A stretch of DNA of 64,000 nt from Escherichia coli (GCF_003334815.1 NZ_QOWO01000008.1); one strand, 5' to 3'; counted from the first letter of the stretch, positions 1 through 13,926 are shown. Translations and numbers: made by a program. Notes: generated from the sequence alone by a model not told the origin.

Positions 1-1386
<1,386 letters not shown>

Positions 1387-1397
1387 ACTCTCCTTAC

Positions 1398-2912
1398 TCA
1401 GGCAACAGCCTGGCTGACTTTAGGCATCGCAAGGCTCAGTGCCTGACGCTCATCTGCCTGCTCGTGTAACAATTCACCGGCGATTTCACCTTCCCGCATC
1501 ACCACAATCCGGTCGGCAACGCCGAGGACTTCAGGTAAGTCGCTGGAGGCAAACAGCACCGCCACGCCCTGCGCCGCCAGCGCATAAATTACGTTATATA
1601 TTTCGTGCTTAGCGCCAACATCAATGCCGCGCGTAGGTTCATCCAGCAAAATGACCTTCATCTCTTCCGATAACCAGCGGCCCAGAATGGCTTTTTGCTG
1701 ATTTCCGCCTGAGAGATTCATGATCAGTTGCTCCGCGCCCGGCGTTTTGATGTTGAGCGAACGAATGTGGTGATCGGCATTGTTTTCTTCCCAACCGTTG
1801 TTGATTACACAACCGCCGAGCACATGTTTACGTCTGGCACTGATGTTGATATTGTCGCGAACGGAGTGCACGGGAATAATGCCTTCCGCTTTGCGATCTT
1901 CCGGGCAGAGCATCATGCCTGCGGCAATGGCGTGGCTCGGTTTACGAATATCGATCGGCTGTTGGTCGATATAAACCTGACCGGCGGTGATTTGCGTCCC
2001 GCCAAACATGCCTTTCATTAATTCGCTACGCCCCGCCCCTACCAGACCAAACAGCCCAACAATTTCACCACTGCGAACCGCCAGACTTATTGGCGTACGC
2101 ACGCCTGGTGCTTTCACAGCATCAAGACGTAGGCGCTCCTCGCCATAACTACGCGGTTGCCAGCCGTAGATATCGCCAATGTCGCGCCCGACCATCGCCT
2201 GCACCAGCGCGTCGTGGTCAACCTGCTGCATATCGGTAAAGGTTTTGACATAACGTCCATCTTTAAAGACAGTAATGGCATCGCTGAGGGCAAATATTTC
2301 TTCCATACGGTGAGAAACGTATAAGATTACCCGCCCCTCTTTTCGCAGTTCACGAATAACGCGGAAAAGATTGTCGATTTCACGGGCAGAGAGGGAGCTG
2401 GTTGGCTCATCAAAGGCGATAATTTTGGCGTTACGCGCCAGCGCTTTGGCGATTTCAACCATCTGCCACTGACCAATGGAGAGATATTTCAGCGGCGTGT
2501 CCGGGTCAATATCCATACCAAGATGTTTAAGTTGTAAACCCGCCTCATAATTCAGCAATGAGCGATTCACAATGCCGCCTTTATGCGGCAGCTGGCCGAG
2601 ATAGATGTTTTCCGCGACGGTCATTTCCGGCACGAGATGCAGTTCCTGGTAAATAATCGCCACGCCCGCGTTAAGTGCTGCGGTCGTGTCGGAAAAGGAC
2701 ATTTCCTGCCCATTAATCACTACAGAACCCGTGGTTGGCGCATAGTTGCCGCTGAGGATTTTTAAGAGAGTTGATTTTCCTGCGCCATTTTCACCCATCA
2801 ACGCATGAACCTGACCGGCATAGCAGTCAAAACTAATATCCGTCAGCGCCTTAACGCCGGGAAACGTTTTACCGATGCCGCGAAATGAGAGATACGGGGT
2901 AGACTGTTGCAT
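1398..2912 (-). CDS. araG: Arabinose ABC transporter ATP-binding protein (duplicated ABC domains)
   Basis: ORF track 1398..2957; start trimmed to [10 protein letters not shown] (504 aa); Walker [10 protein letters not shown] present. Confidence 0.95.
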
Positions 2913-2981
2913 AACGTCTCCGTGAATCACTGGTCGTTCACACCCCCTCTGCATCATGCAGAGGGGAATTTTTCCGGCAAA

Positions 2982-3971
2982 TTACTTACCGCCTAAACCT
3001 TTTTTCTCCAGTTCTTCTTTAAAGTTGTCACGCGTGATCAGTACCACGTCGGTAACTTCGGTAAATTTTGGCGGTTCAACGTCTTTTGCTACCCAGTTGT
3101 AAAGCATTTCGCTGGATTTATAGCCATGTACGTCCGGGCTTGGCAGCAGGGAACCGTAGAAGCCGGTTGCCTGTGCTTTAGACAGTTCGCTCACCGCATC
3201 CACACCGTTAATGCCAATGCCGATGATATCGGCCGCTTTAAAGCCCTGACCTTCCGTCGCGCGTACGCCGCCCAGCACGGTGCTGTCGTTCATACCGACG
3301 ATCAGCCAATGTTTAACTTCCGGATGTTGAACCAGCATTGAGTTGGCAGCGTCAAATGCCCCCGGGATGTCGTTAGATTTGGTAGGTACCTGATAAATTT
3401 GTTTTTCCGGGAATCCGGCCGCTTTCAGCGCATCCATAGATCCCGTAGTACGGCGGCGGGCGGTATCCAGTTCGTTGGCGGTAATCGCCATCACCGCGCT
3501 TTCTTTGACATCCCAGCCACGTTTCTGCATCTCTTTATACAGTTCCTGGCCCTGACGTTCGCCAATTTTAGTCGCCGCCATCATCACCAGCGGAACGGTA
3601 TCCATTGGCTTACCTTTGGCGTTAACAAACTGGTCATCCACGGCAATGACTTTCATATCGTAGCCACGCGCTTTCGCGACGATGGCAGAGCCGAGTTTGG
3701 GGTCCGGAGTACAAATAACGAAACCTTTTGCGCCACTGGCAGCCAGGCTGTCGATCGCGTTCAATGTTTTTTCGCCATCCGGCACGGCAATCTTAATAAC
3801 CTCAAACCCTAAATCCTTCCCGGCTTTATCGGCAAACTTCCATTCGGTCTGGAACCACGGCTCTTCCGGTTGCTTCACCAGAAAACCGAGCTTCAGGTTC
3901 TCCGCCATAGCGGATTGTGACATAACGGCTGCCAGACCAATGGCTGCCAGGGCTTTAGTAAATTTGTGCAT
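2982..3971 (-). CDS. araF: Arabinose-binding periplasmic protein
   Basis: ORF track 2982..4022; start trimmed to MHKFTKALAAIGLAAVMSQSAMA signal peptide (329 aa). Confidence 0.95.
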   Translation of the reverse strand: MHKFTKALAAIGLAAVMSQSAMAENLKLGFLVKQPEEPWFQTEWKFADKAGKDLGFEVIKIAVPDGEKTLNAIDSLAASGAKGFVICTPDPKLGSAIVAKARGYDMKVIAVDDQFVNAKGKPMDTVPLVMMAATKIGERQGQELYKEMQKRGWDVKESAVMAITANELDTARRRTTGSMDALKAAGFPEKQIYQVPTKSNDIPGAFDAANSMLVQHPEVKHWLIVGMNDSTVLGGVRATEGQGFKAADIIGIGINGVDAVSELSKAQATGFYGSLLPSPDVHGYKSSEMLYNWVAKDVEPPKFTEVTDVVLITRDNFKEELEKKGLGGK

Positions 3972-4767
3972 GGTTCTCTCCAGCTTTAGTGTCGTTTTGT
4001 GTAGGGCAAAAACGAATGACATTCGTTAAATTAATCGGAAAACAAAGCATTACCTTTTAACTAAAAGATAAGTGACTGTGTTGACATAGTTTTAGCGAGA
4101 AATTAATTCTCCATAGGAGAGCAATATCACATCGCAGAATTACAGTGAGAACGTGCATAAATTTAGCGGGAAAAGACATAAGGGAAAGCCAATTTGTCAG
4201 ACAAATTGTCGAATGCACAGCAGATTAATCCATAAGATTAGCCTGGAAATCCTTGTTGTCTTTGGTACCCATGCGGGATGTCTTCTTTTTAACCAGTCAA
4301 TAGGCCGCATTACCTGGCGTTGAGTTTTTGAAATGGTGTAATAACCGCAACTCAAAGATGTGGAAAATGCACGTCATTCATTTCGTCATTAATTATCACT
4401 GTGCTCATTAATTAACAGAACACGTATAATGAGAGCCATCTCGCAAAAATGAAAAAACGTTTTATAAAATCATCACTTCATCATGAATTCAAATTCATTG
4501 ATTAATATCAACAAGATACAAAAAGCACTATCATTAAAATTCATTGCAGTTACATTGATTTCATCAATGAAATGTAAAAATATATAAACTTGATGATTTA
4601 AGCATTTTCTTATACCCGTTCAGACGTTATTCTTATTTCAGATCATCGTCAGAATTGACTCCACGATCACATTTCGGACCGGCAGAAAGGAATTATTCTG
4701 CAAACAGTAATTATGGTGTTTTGATTTATCTTGCACCTCTCCACTTCTGGATATAAGGATATTAGGT

Positions 4768-5271
4768 ATGGCAACCGCTGGAATGCTTCTCAAACTCAAC
4801 TCTCAAATGAACCGCGAGTTTTACGCATCCAATCTCTACCTTCACCTGAGTAACTGGTGTTCTGAACAGAGTCTGAACGGCACCGCCACTTTCCTTCGCG
4901 CCCAGGCACAGAGTAATGTGACCCAAATGATGCGCATGTTTAACTTTATGAAGAGTGTCGGCGCTACCCCCATCGTTAAAGCCATTGATGTTCCCGGTGA
5001 AAAACTGAACTCTCTGGAAGAACTGTTCCAAAAAACGATGGAAGAATACGAGCAACGTTCTAGTACGTTGGCACAGTTAGCCGATGAAGCGAAAGAACTG
5101 AATGATGATTCAACCGTCAATTTCCTGCGCGATCTGGAAAAAGAACAGCAGCATGATGGTCTGTTGCTGCAAACCATTCTTGATGAAGTGCGCAGTGCGA
5201 AACTTGCGGGTATGTGCCCTGTGCAGACCGACCAACATGTTCTGAATGTCGTGTCACACCAGCTGCATTGA
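4768..5271 (+). CDS. ftnB: Ferritin-like protein
   Basis: 167-aa ORF with ferritin-like fold, recognised as FtnB; synteny. Confidence 0.93.
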   Translation: MATAGMLLKLNSQMNREFYASNLYLHLSNWCSEQSLNGTATFLRAQAQSNVTQMMRMFNFMKSVGATPIVKAIDVPGEKLNSLEELFQKTMEEYEQRSSTLAQLADEAKELNDDSTVNFLRDLEKEQQHDGLLLQTILDEVRSAKLAGMCPVQTDQHVLNVVSHQLH

Positions 5272-5321
5272 TCATCATCGGCGCTAATGCATTGCGCCGA
5301 TGAAGGTTTTGAGAAACCGCT

Positions 5322-5352
5322 GCCTCATCTGTTTGAAGCAGCGGTTTTTTTA
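5322..5352 (+). terminator. Rho-independent terminator downstream of ftnB
   Basis: Hairpin aaaccgctgc...gcagcggttt followed by a T-run; overlaps the yecJ 3' end on the other strand. Confidence 0.5.
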
Positions 5353-5601
5353 ATGGGATTCACCCTGTGGGGTAAACTTGAGTTCAATAAGCGCGATGGC
5401 TTTTTGGATTGCCCGCATGGTGACCGGGTCTGCGGCGGCGGGATGGTTAGTAAAGTCGATATTCTTCAGCTGACTGGACATTTTTTCACGAACTTCAACG
5501 GGCGCGATTACATCGAGAACATCCAGAATTTGTTTGATAACCAACTGGCAAGCAACCACATCAGAAACCAATTCCTGATCGGCATTCAGCGGCTGGGACA
5601 T
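5350..5601 (-). CDS. yecJ: DUF2766 family protein YecJ
   Basis: 83-aa [17 protein letters not shown]..., matches YecJ; synteny. Confidence 0.85.
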
Positions 5602-5715
5602 CGTAAACTCCTGATAGCATTTTGAAAGCCGTTATAGTAGCGACTTCACATCTTCAGCGATAGTCACATCCACCGTCATCAGGACACAAAAAAACCTGCC
5701 GGAGCAGGTTTTTTG

Positions 5716-5802
5716 TTATCGGAACATATTGCCTGGCGGTACGTCTTTGAACGTCTTGCAATAGTTATTGAACATACTTTTCAGGATTTTGCGCAGTTTC
5801 AT
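5716..5802 (-). CDS. azuC: Small membrane-associated protein AzuC (28 aa)
   Basis: Manual minus-strand translation gives MKLRKILKSMFNNYCKTFKDVPPGNMFR*, which I recognise as AzuC; too short for the ORF track. Confidence 0.8.
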   Translation of the reverse strand: MKLRKILKSMFNNYCKTFKDVPPGNMFR

Positions 5803-5883
5803 CGCGGCACTCCGACCATTTGTTATACAGGTGTTATTGTCTTTGCGCTTATAATATGACAACCATCACAAAAATCAATCTTT

Positions 5884-5901
5884 ATGTGATACAAATCACA
5901 T
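5884..5901. promoter_or_regulatory. Candidate CRP site upstream of azuC
   Basis: aTGTGAtacaaaTCACAt is a perfect match to the TGTGA-N6-TCACA core, about 90 bp upstream of the azuC start codon on the minus strand. Confidence 0.5.
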
Positions 5902-6064
5902 AAATACCCCTTTAATGTTATAAAAATGATAATCAAAAAACAGCCCCCCTATTTCTGACACCTACAGATGGCAAGAAATAGCGCCTGCCAGGCGTCTTTT
6001 CCGGCCATTGTCGCAGCACTGTAACGCGTAAAATAGTGCTTTCTCTTACTCTTCTGGCTGGACC

Positions 6065-6388
6065 ATGAGACTTCTGATTCTGACTCTTTCATTAATAACG
6101 CTGGCGGGGTGTACGGTTACTCGCCAAGCCCATGTGAGCGAAGTTGACGCGGCAACAGGTATTGTACGGTTAGTTTATGACCAGGCTTTTTTGCAGCATG
6201 CCCATACCGATCGTTATGTCAGTCGCGGGATCGCCGATCGCGCATGCCAGCAGGAAGGCTATACCCACGCGGTCCCCTTTGGTCAGCCAGTAGGCAACTG
6301 TAGCCTTTTTGCGGGTTCCTTATGTTTGAATACGGAATTCACTTTGTCATATCAGTGCCATCATTCCGCCTTCCCTGTCTTTCTCTAA
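6065..6388 (+). CDS. yecR: Lipoprotein YecR
   Basis: 107-aa ORF with lipobox LITLAGC; synteny. Confidence 0.85.
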   Translation: MRLLILTLSLITLAGCTVTRQAHVSEVDAATGIVRLVYDQAFLQHAHTDRYVSRGIADRACQQEGYTHAVPFGQPVGNCSLFAGSLCLNTEFTLSYQCHHSAFPVFL

Positions 6389-6558
6389 ATATTTTAATCA
6401 GCGAGGGGATCTTCGCTGATTAAAGAAATAGCGGTAATGCGTTTTATTCCCATTCGTATTTTTAATAATTGAAGTTTATATTTTACCTTTTGCAAATAAT
6501 AAAATAACAAATTATAGTGACGCCACAGCAACAAATATAACCTTTGTGGAGCACTATC

Positions 6559-7056
6559 ATGCTGAAACCAGAAATGATTGAAAAACTTAATGAGCAGATG
6601 AACCTGGAACTGTACTCTTCACTGCTTTATCAGCAAATGAGCGCCTGGTGCAGCTATCATACCTTCGAAGGTGCTGCCGCGTTCCTGCGCCGTCACGCCC
6701 AGGAAGAGATGACGCATATGCAGCGTCTGTTTGATTACCTGACTGATACCGGCAATTTACCGCGTATTAATACCGTTGAATCTCCGTTTGCTGAATATTC
6801 CTCACTTGATGAGTTATTCCAGGAAACCTATAAACACGAACAATTAATCACCCAGAAAATTAACGAACTGGCTCATGCTGCAATGACCAATCAGGACTAC
6901 CCAACATTTAATTTCCTGCAATGGTATGTTTCTGAGCAGCATGAAGAAGAGAAACTGTTCAAATCGATTATTGATAAATTAAGCCTGGCAGGCAAAAGCG
7001 GCGAAGGTCTGTATTTTATCGACAAAGAACTCTCTACCCTCGACACACAAAACTAA
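6559..7056 (+). CDS. ftnA: Ferritin (iron storage)
   Basis: ORF track 6544..7056; start trimmed to [13 protein letters not shown] (165 aa), recognised as FtnA. Confidence 0.95.
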
Positions 7057-7093
7057 TGCTCTCCGGCGGCAGGTTTACTGCCGCCGTTTCAAA

Positions 7094-7333
7094 TCAGTGA
7101 CGGCAAATCTTACTCTGATCGGTCGAAAAACCGTCTTTCGAAGGTATAAATTTGCCTTTTGCTGCCAGAAACGCTACCAGCTCTCCCGCTGTCATCCCTT
7201 CTGCCGAGCAGGTGTGAAAACGTGCCTGTTCACCAAAACGCGCTTTAATCGCAGCTTCCAGACTGGCATGCGTATATTGCTCGCCTGATTCAATCATCAT
7301 ATTTAACACTTCATGACCGTGAATAGAGTCCAT
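7094..7333 (-). CDS. yecH: DUF2492 family protein YecH
   Basis: 79-aa ORF MDSIHGHEVLNMMIESGEQYTHASLEAA...; synteny between ftnA and tyrP. Confidence 0.85.
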   Translation of the reverse strand: MDSIHGHEVLNMMIESGEQYTHASLEAAIKARFGEQARFHTCSAEGMTAGELVAFLAAKGKFIPSKDGFSTDQSKICRH

Positions 7334-7414
7334 CGTCCCTCCTCAAAAAAAGCCTAGCGTAGCGATTGCCGCTTATGAAGACTTTGCGCCAGCGCAGGAC
7401 TGAATGCTTTTTAT

Positions 7415-7432
7415 TGTACATTTATATTTACA
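7415..7432. promoter_or_regulatory. Candidate TyrR box in the tyrP promoter
   Basis: TGTACAtttataTTTACA fits TGTAAA-N6-TTTACA; a weaker second box (TGTAACgtcggtTTGACG) lies at 7436..7453. Confidence 0.5.
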
Positions 7433-7523
7433 CCATATGTAACGTCGGTTTGACGAAGCAGCCGTTATGCCTTAACCTGCGCCGCAGATATCACTCATAA
7501 AGATCGTCAGGACAGAAGAAAGC

Positions 7524-8735
7524 GTGAAAAACAGAACCCTGGGAAGTGTTTTTATCGTGGCGGGAACCACAATTGGCGCAGGCATGCTGGCAATGCCGCT
7601 GGCTGCGGCCGGTGTTGGTTTTAGCGTTACGTTAATCTTGTTGATTGGGCTTTGGGCGTTGATGTGCTACACGGCGCTATTACTGCTGGAGGTGTACCAG
7701 CATGTTCCGGCAGATACCGGTCTGGGCACGCTGGCAAAACGCTATCTGGGACGCTACGGTCAATGGCTGACGGGCTTCAGTATGATGTTCTTAATGTATG
7801 CTCTGACTGCGGCATACATCAGCGGTGCCGGTGAATTGTTGGCCTCCAGCATCAGCGACTGGACAGGTATTTCTATGTCGGCAACCGCTGGCGTGCTGTT
7901 GTTCACTTTTGTTGCCGGTGGCGTGGTTTGTGTCGGAACTTCACTGGTCGATTTATTTAACCGTTTTCTGTTCAGCGCCAAGATTATTTTTCTGGTGGTA
8001 ATGCTGGTACTACTGCTGCCGCATATTCACAAAGTGAATCTTTTAACCCTGCCGTTGCAACAGGGGCTGGCTCTGTCTGCAATCCCGGTGATTTTTACGT
8101 CGTTTGGTTTTCACGGTAGCGTGCCGAGTATTGTCAGCTATATGGATGGCAACATTCGTAAGCTACGCTGGGTGTTTATAATCGGTAGTGCGATCCCCCT
8201 GGTGGCATATATTTTCTGGCAGGTGGCGACGCTTGGCAGCATTGATTCAACAACCTTTATGGGATTGCTGGCTAATCATGCTGGATTAAACGGGCTGTTA
8301 CAGGCGTTACGCGAAATGGTGGCCTCTCCGCATGTTGAGCTGGCAGTGCATTTATTTGCTGATTTAGCCCTCGCCACGTCATTTCTCGGCGTTGCGTTAG
8401 GCTTATTTGATTATCTGGCTGATTTATTTCAGCGTTCAAATACCGTTGGTGGACGGTTGCAAACTGGTGCAATTACGTTTCTGCCGCCGTTGGCGTTTGC
8501 ACTGTTTTATCCACGAGGATTTGTGATGGCGCTGGGTTACGCCGGTGTGGCGCTGGCGGTACTGGCATTGATTATCCCTTCGCTGTTGACCTGGCAAAGC
8601 AGAAAGCACAATCCTCAGGCGGGTTACCGGGTCAAAGGTGGTCGTCCGGCGCTGGTGGTGGTGTTTCTCTGTGGTATTGCTGTGATTGGCGTGCAATTTT
8701 TGATTGCGGCAGGGTTGTTACCAGAAGTGGGGTGA
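7524..8735 (+). CDS. tyrP: Tyrosine-specific transport protein
   Basis: 403-aa polytopic ORF starting at GTG; recognised as TyrP; synteny. Confidence 0.95.
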
Positions 8736-8796
8736 TCAGATAGCCTCAAATTCCTTATTGGGTGCCAGAATTAACGCTGACACCCAATTTGGCCTC

Positions 8797-9462
8797 TTAA
8801 TGCAGGCAGCACTGCTTAAATTTCTTACCACTACCGCACGGGCAAGGATCGTTACGCCCCGGTTTCTCTTCTGCTTTGATCGGTTGCTGAACAGCTTTTT
8901 CCTGCGGATGCGCCATCCAGTACGCATGTAGATCAAGCGCCGCCAGTCGAATGGCATCTACGCTCTCTTCAAACGCTTCTGGCGACATCTTTTCTACCCG
9001 CTCGAAGTTTTCCTCAGTACCGTGCAGCGCAATCGCCTCCAGCGCTGGTTTTAACGAATCGGGCAACGTTGACCAGTCAGAAAGTGCCACGCCCCGCATA
9101 TAGCCAAAGCACCACTCCTCAACAATCGTCAGCTCGCTGCCATCAACTTCTCGCAAGCCGAATAACGGCTCAAACTGCTCCGGGAATTCGTTCAGACGCT
9201 CTGCGGTATCGGCCATATGTTGAAAAGCCAGATTCATAAAGCGCGTCATCTCTTTCTCTGACGCCCAGCGCGGCACATAGTCAGCCCCACCCCACACGGC
9301 AACCAGCCACTGTTCCGGTTCAATCTCTTGCGGAGAACTCAACACCGCCGTCAATAAACCGTCCAGCTCCGCCACATCAAGGATGGCGTGGTCAGTGTTG
9401 TATTTGGTCAGAATATCGTCCAGCCATTCCAACTCACTTTCGTTTAACGGTCCCGTTTTCAT
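8797..9462 (-). CDS. yecA: UPF0149 / SEC-C metal-binding motif protein YecA
   Basis: 221-aa ORF ending in the SEC-C type motif [13 protein letters not shown]. Confidence 0.9.
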   Translation of the reverse strand: MKTGPLNESELEWLDDILTKYNTDHAILDVAELDGLLTAVLSSPQEIEPEQWLVAVWGGADYVPRWASEKEMTRFMNLAFQHMADTAERLNEFPEQFEPLFGLREVDGSELTIVEEWCFGYMRGVALSDWSTLPDSLKPALEAIALHGTEENFERVEKMSPEAFEESVDAIRLAALDLHAYWMAHPQEKAVQQPIKAEEKPGRNDPCPCGSGKKFKQCCLH

Positions 9463-9590
9463 ACGCTTTTCCTTGTGGATCTCAACTCGCCAGCACCTAT
9501 CTTACATGCCGGTCCGTATCAGAGATACTTTTTGAGTGGCTTTGCTGGTGATTAAAAATTAAGGAGGGTGTAACGACAAGTTGCAGGCAC

Positions 9591-9617
9591 AAAAAAACCA
9601 CCCGAAGGTGGTTTCAC
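9591..9617 (-). terminator. Rho-independent terminator of the glyW-cysT-leuZ tRNA operon
   Basis: On the minus strand: hairpin aaaccaccttcgggtggttt followed by a T-run, immediately 3' of leuZ. Confidence 0.6.
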
Positions 9618-9657
9618 GACACTGCTTATTGCTTTGATTTTATTCTTATCTTTCCCA

Positions 9658-9744
9658 TGGTACCCGGAGCGGGACTTGAACCCGCACAGCGCGAACGCCG
9701 AGGGATTTTAAATCCCTTGTGTCTACCGATTCCACCATCCGGGC
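9658..9744 (-). tRNA. leuZ: tRNA-Leu
   Basis: Reverse complement reads GCCCGGATGGTGGAATCGGTAGACACAAGGGATTTAAAATCCC...GGGTACCA, 87 nt with long variable arm and encoded CCA. Confidence 0.93.
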
Positions 9745-9756
9745 TCGGGAAGAAAG

Positions 9757-9830
9757 TGGAGGCGCGTTCCGGAGTCGAACCGGACTAGACGGATTTGCAA
9801 TCCGCTACATAACCGCTTTGTTAACGCGCC
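9757..9830 (-). tRNA. cysT: tRNA-Cys (GCA)
   Basis: Reverse complement reads GGCGCGTTAACAAAGCGGTTATGTAGCGGATTGCAAATCCG...CTCCA, 74 nt. Confidence 0.93.
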
Positions 9831-9884
9831 AAATTCTTCAGGCCTTTCAGCCAGACATCCGCTTGACGCCGATGTCTTTTAAAC

Positions 9885-9960
<76 letters not shown>

Positions 9961-10111
9961 ATTCATCAAGCAATCAGTTAATCACTTGATTTTATTATCG
10001 TCTGGCAATCAGTGCCGCCGTTCGATGCGTTGCATTCTACTTACCTGGCGCGATGAGTCAACGATATTTTTCACCACTTTTGATCGTTTGCTGAAAATTA
10101 CGCCGAAACGA

Positions 10112-10660
10112 TCACTGATCAAGCAAATCTGCACGCGCAGCGCTCAAATATTGCAACATTGACCACAGAGTCAGTACCGCAGCCACAAAGAAAAGTGCAA
10201 TACCGGCGTACTCAACCCAAATGTTCGGACGCCACAGCAGCCATGCCAACGCCACCATCTGGGCAGTGGTTTTCACTTTCCCAATCCAGGAGACGGCCAC
10301 GCTACTGCGTTTACCCAACTCCGCCATCCATTCGCGTAGCGCAGAAATAATAATTTCACGGGCGATCATCGTTGCCGCCGGTAATGTCACCCACCAGCTG
10401 TGATAATGCTCGGTTACCAGCACCATGGCGATAGCCACGAGAACTTTATCTGCCACAGGGTCAAGGAAAGCACCAAACCGGGTACTCTGGTTCCAGCGGC
10501 GTGCCAGAAAACCATCGAACCAGTCAGTCACCGCCGCGACGCAGAAAATGAGCGCGGCGGCAAACGGCGACCAGGTGACAGGCAGATAAAAGACCAATAC
10601 AAAGAATGGGATAAGGATGACACGGAACAGTGTAAGCAACGTAGGGATATTAAATTGCAT
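10112..10660 (-). CDS. pgsA: CDP-diacylglycerol--glycerol-3-phosphate 3-phosphatidyltransferase
   Basis: 182-aa membrane ORF recognised as PgsA; synteny next to uvrC. Confidence 0.95.
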
Positions 10661-10716
10661 AATGACGGGTAACTATCTGTTGTCAGTAAGATTACCCCTA
10701 TGTTGCTACAGAGACA

Positions 10717-12549
10717 TCAATGTTTCAACGACCAGAAGATCTTTTCTGCCAGACCTTGCGAAATACCCGGCACTTTTGCAATTTCCTCGACGCTGGCGTT
10801 ACGTAAACCTTGCAAACCGCCCATATATTTCAACAACATTTGCCGACGTTTTGGCCCGACGCCTTCAATGGTTTCCAGGGAACTGGTATTTTTGACCTTC
10901 GCCCGTTTTTTACGGTGCCCGCCAATCGCGTGATCATGTGATTCATCGCGAATATGCTGGATAACATGCAGCGCGGGTGAATCTGGCGGCAAACTAAATC
11001 CCTCACCTTCCGGCTCAAAGAACAGCGTTTCCAGTCCAGCCTTACGATCTGCTCCTTTGGCAACGCCAAGTAGCAGCGGATGATTTTTATCCCATGAGAC
11101 ATCCAGTTCGGCGAAGACATTTTTCGCCTGCGCAAGCTGGCCTTTGCCGCCGTCGATAAGGATCACATCCGGGATCTTACTGTCGTCAATGGCTTTACCA
11201 TAACGCCGACGCAGCACCTGATTCATCGCCGCATAATCATCGCCCGGCGTGATGCCTGTAATGTTATAGCGCCGATACTCCGCACGCAGCGGGCCGTTAG
11301 CATCAAACACCACACAGGAAGCGACGGTTTGTTCGCCCATGGTATGGCTGATGTCAAAGCACTCCATCCGCTTCACTTCCGGCAATTTCAACACGCTGGC
11401 AAGCGCGGTCAGTCGCTGGTGAACGGTAGATTGCTGCGAAAGTTTGCTGGTTAAGGCCGTCGCCGCATTGGTGCGCGCGAGTTTCAGATAACGCGCCCTA
11501 TCGCCGCGAGGTTTGGTTTGAACATTAATCTTGCGTCCCGCCAGTTCTGAAAGGGAATCGGCGAGCAGCGTTTTATCGCTAAGATTAAAATCGAGCAGGA
11601 TCTCACCCGGTAAGGTGCGCATCTGGCTGCCTTGTAAATAGAACTGGCCTACGAAGGTTTCTACCACCTCGCTCAGTTCCGTACCGCCAGGCACTTTCGG
11701 GAAATAGCTGCGGCTGCCGAGCACTTTGCCCTGACGAATGAACAATACGTGGACACAAGCCATGCCCGCATCGAACGCCACACCAATAACGTCGAGGTCG
11801 TCGCCGGTATTGGAAACGAATTGTTTTTCGGTGACGCGTCGCACCGCCTGAATTTGGTCGCGAATACGTGCAGCTTCTTCAAACTCCAGATTCTGGCTGG
11901 CAGTTTCCATACGACTAATGAGTTGCGTAAGCACCTGATCATCTTTGCCAGACAAAAACAGGCGCACATACTCGACCTGCTGAGCGTATTCTTCTTCACT
12001 CACCAGTCCTTCAACGCACGGTCCCAGACAGCGCCCTATCTGGTATTGCAGACACGGACGCGAGCGATTGCGATAAACACTATTTTCGCACTGGCGAATG
12101 GGGAAAATCTTTTGCAGTAGCGCCAGTGTTTCACGTACGGCATAGCCATTCGGGAACGGGCCGAAATATTCACCTTTGGCATGCTTCGCACCACGATGCA
12201 TCGCCAGACGCGGGTGGGTATCACCACTCAGGAAGATAAAAGGATATGATTTATCATCGCGTAGCAAAACGTTGTAACGCGGCTGATAGAGTTTGATGTA
12301 GTTGTGTTCCAGCAACAGCGCTTCGGTTTCTGTGTGAGTAACCGTTACATCAATTTGCTGGATCTGGGCGACCAGCGCTTCGGTTTTGCGCGAAGCGAGG
12401 TTGCTACGGAAATAGCTGGAAAGCCGTTTTTTCAGGTCTTTCGCTTTGCCGACATAGATAACCGTACCACCAGCATCGTACATGCGATAAACGCCTGGCT
12501 GGCTGGTTACGGTTTTTAAAAACGCTTTTGCGTCAAACTGATCACTCAC
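10717..12549 (-). CDS. uvrC: Excinuclease ABC subunit C
   Basis: 610-aa ORF with GIY-YIG N-terminal motif ([24 protein letters not shown]) and C-terminal HhH. Confidence 0.97.
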
Positions 12550-13202
12550 TGACTTGATAATGTCTCCGCATTACACAGACCATGGCGAATTGCCAGGTGA
12601 GTCAGCTCAACATCGCCATGAATGTTTAGTTTACTGAACATACGATAGCGGTAGCTGTTCACCGTTTTCGGACTGAGATTGAGCTGTTCTGAGATCTCAT
12701 TGACCTTCTGGCCCTTGGTGATCATCAGCATAATCTGCAATTCACGTTCAGACAAACTGGCAAATGGGCTTTCTGTTTTTTCTGGTTCGATCTGGCTTAA
12801 CGCCATTTGTTGAGCGATGTCAGAAGCAATGTAACGCTGCCCTGAATAGACAGAACGAATCGCACTCACGACTTCCTGCGGAGCCGCGCCTTTGCTGAGG
12901 TAGCCCGCAGCACCGGCCTGCATGACTTTCGCTGGTAAAGGGTTTTCTGTATGGACGGTAAGCATGATGATTTTGACATCAGCTGTGGAACGCGCGATTT
13001 TACGCGTCGCCTCAAGACCGCCAATGCCCGGCATACTCATGTCCATTAGCACCACGTCAACGGCATTTGTCCGGCACCACTTAACGGCGTCTTCACCGCA
13101 CGATGCCTCACCGACGACTTTTATACCCTTTATATCTTCCAGAATGCGTCGTATCCCTGCGCGCACCAGTTCGTGGTCATCAACAAGTAGAACGTTGATC
13201 AA
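12546..13202 (-). CDS. uvrY: Two-component response regulator UvrY (BarA partner)
   Basis: 218-aa ORF with receiver domain ([19 protein letters not shown]) and LuxR-type HTH; 4-bp overlap with uvrC. Confidence 0.97.
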
Positions 13203-13660
13203 AGGAATATCTCCAGAAATAGGGATAACGCTACTGATAGTTAGTCATTCGTATATTAGCGGTTTTTATTGCAACTTTGAAACGTTAAAAATGGTGGGTA
13301 TTCGATTTTTCTCTCGTTTTTGTCAATTCGATTGTCCACAGTTATGGTCACGCCCGTCACCAACGGCTTACCGGATCGTTTCACAGTAAGCCCTGCGACG
13401 AAATGTGACAAAAATTACCTTTATTCAGCAAAAATGAAAATCAGCCCGCTGAATATGTAACATTAATTAACCCGAACAATACGGGCAAAAAACATTCATG
13501 ATAAAAATATTTATTGGTCATTATATTAACGCATTTAATAGCACCGTTGACGATACGCTCAAAAAACAACCACTGCTATTTTTAGCAAAGCTTATGGTAT
13601 ACTCCGCCGCCTTAACATTTTTCACCGCAAATTTTCATTGCAACATGACGAGGAAAATAA

Positions 13661-13885
13661 ATGAGTACGCCTGATTTTTCTACTGCCGAGAATAATCAAG
13701 AACTGGCAAATGAAGTCTCCTGCCTGAAAGCGATGCTGACGCTGATGCTGCAGGCGATGGGACAAGCTGACGCGGGCCGCGTGATGTTAAAGATGGAAAA
13801 ACAGCTTGCGCTGATCGAAGACGAAACCCAGGCTGCAGTATTTTCCAAAACGGTTAAGCAAATTAAACAAGCCTACCGTCAGTAA
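13661..13885 (+). CDS. yecF: DUF2594 family protein YecF
   Basis: 74-aa [29 protein letters not shown]...; synteny; a TGnTATACT extended -10 lies upstream. Confidence 0.85.
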
Positions 13886-13890
13886 TATAA

Positions 13891-13926
13891 AACCGGCTGA
13901 TAGCGTGCCTTTCAGCCGGTTTTTGC
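13891..13926. terminator. Terminator hairpin between convergent yecF and sdiA
   Basis: aaccggctga...tcagccggtt stem followed by TTTT. Confidence 0.55.

Noticed and set aside
5287-5625. 112-aa plus-strand ORF overlapping yecJ
   Set aside because: Fully antisense to yecJ, which is syntenic and the right length; it also spans the ftnB terminator hairpin.
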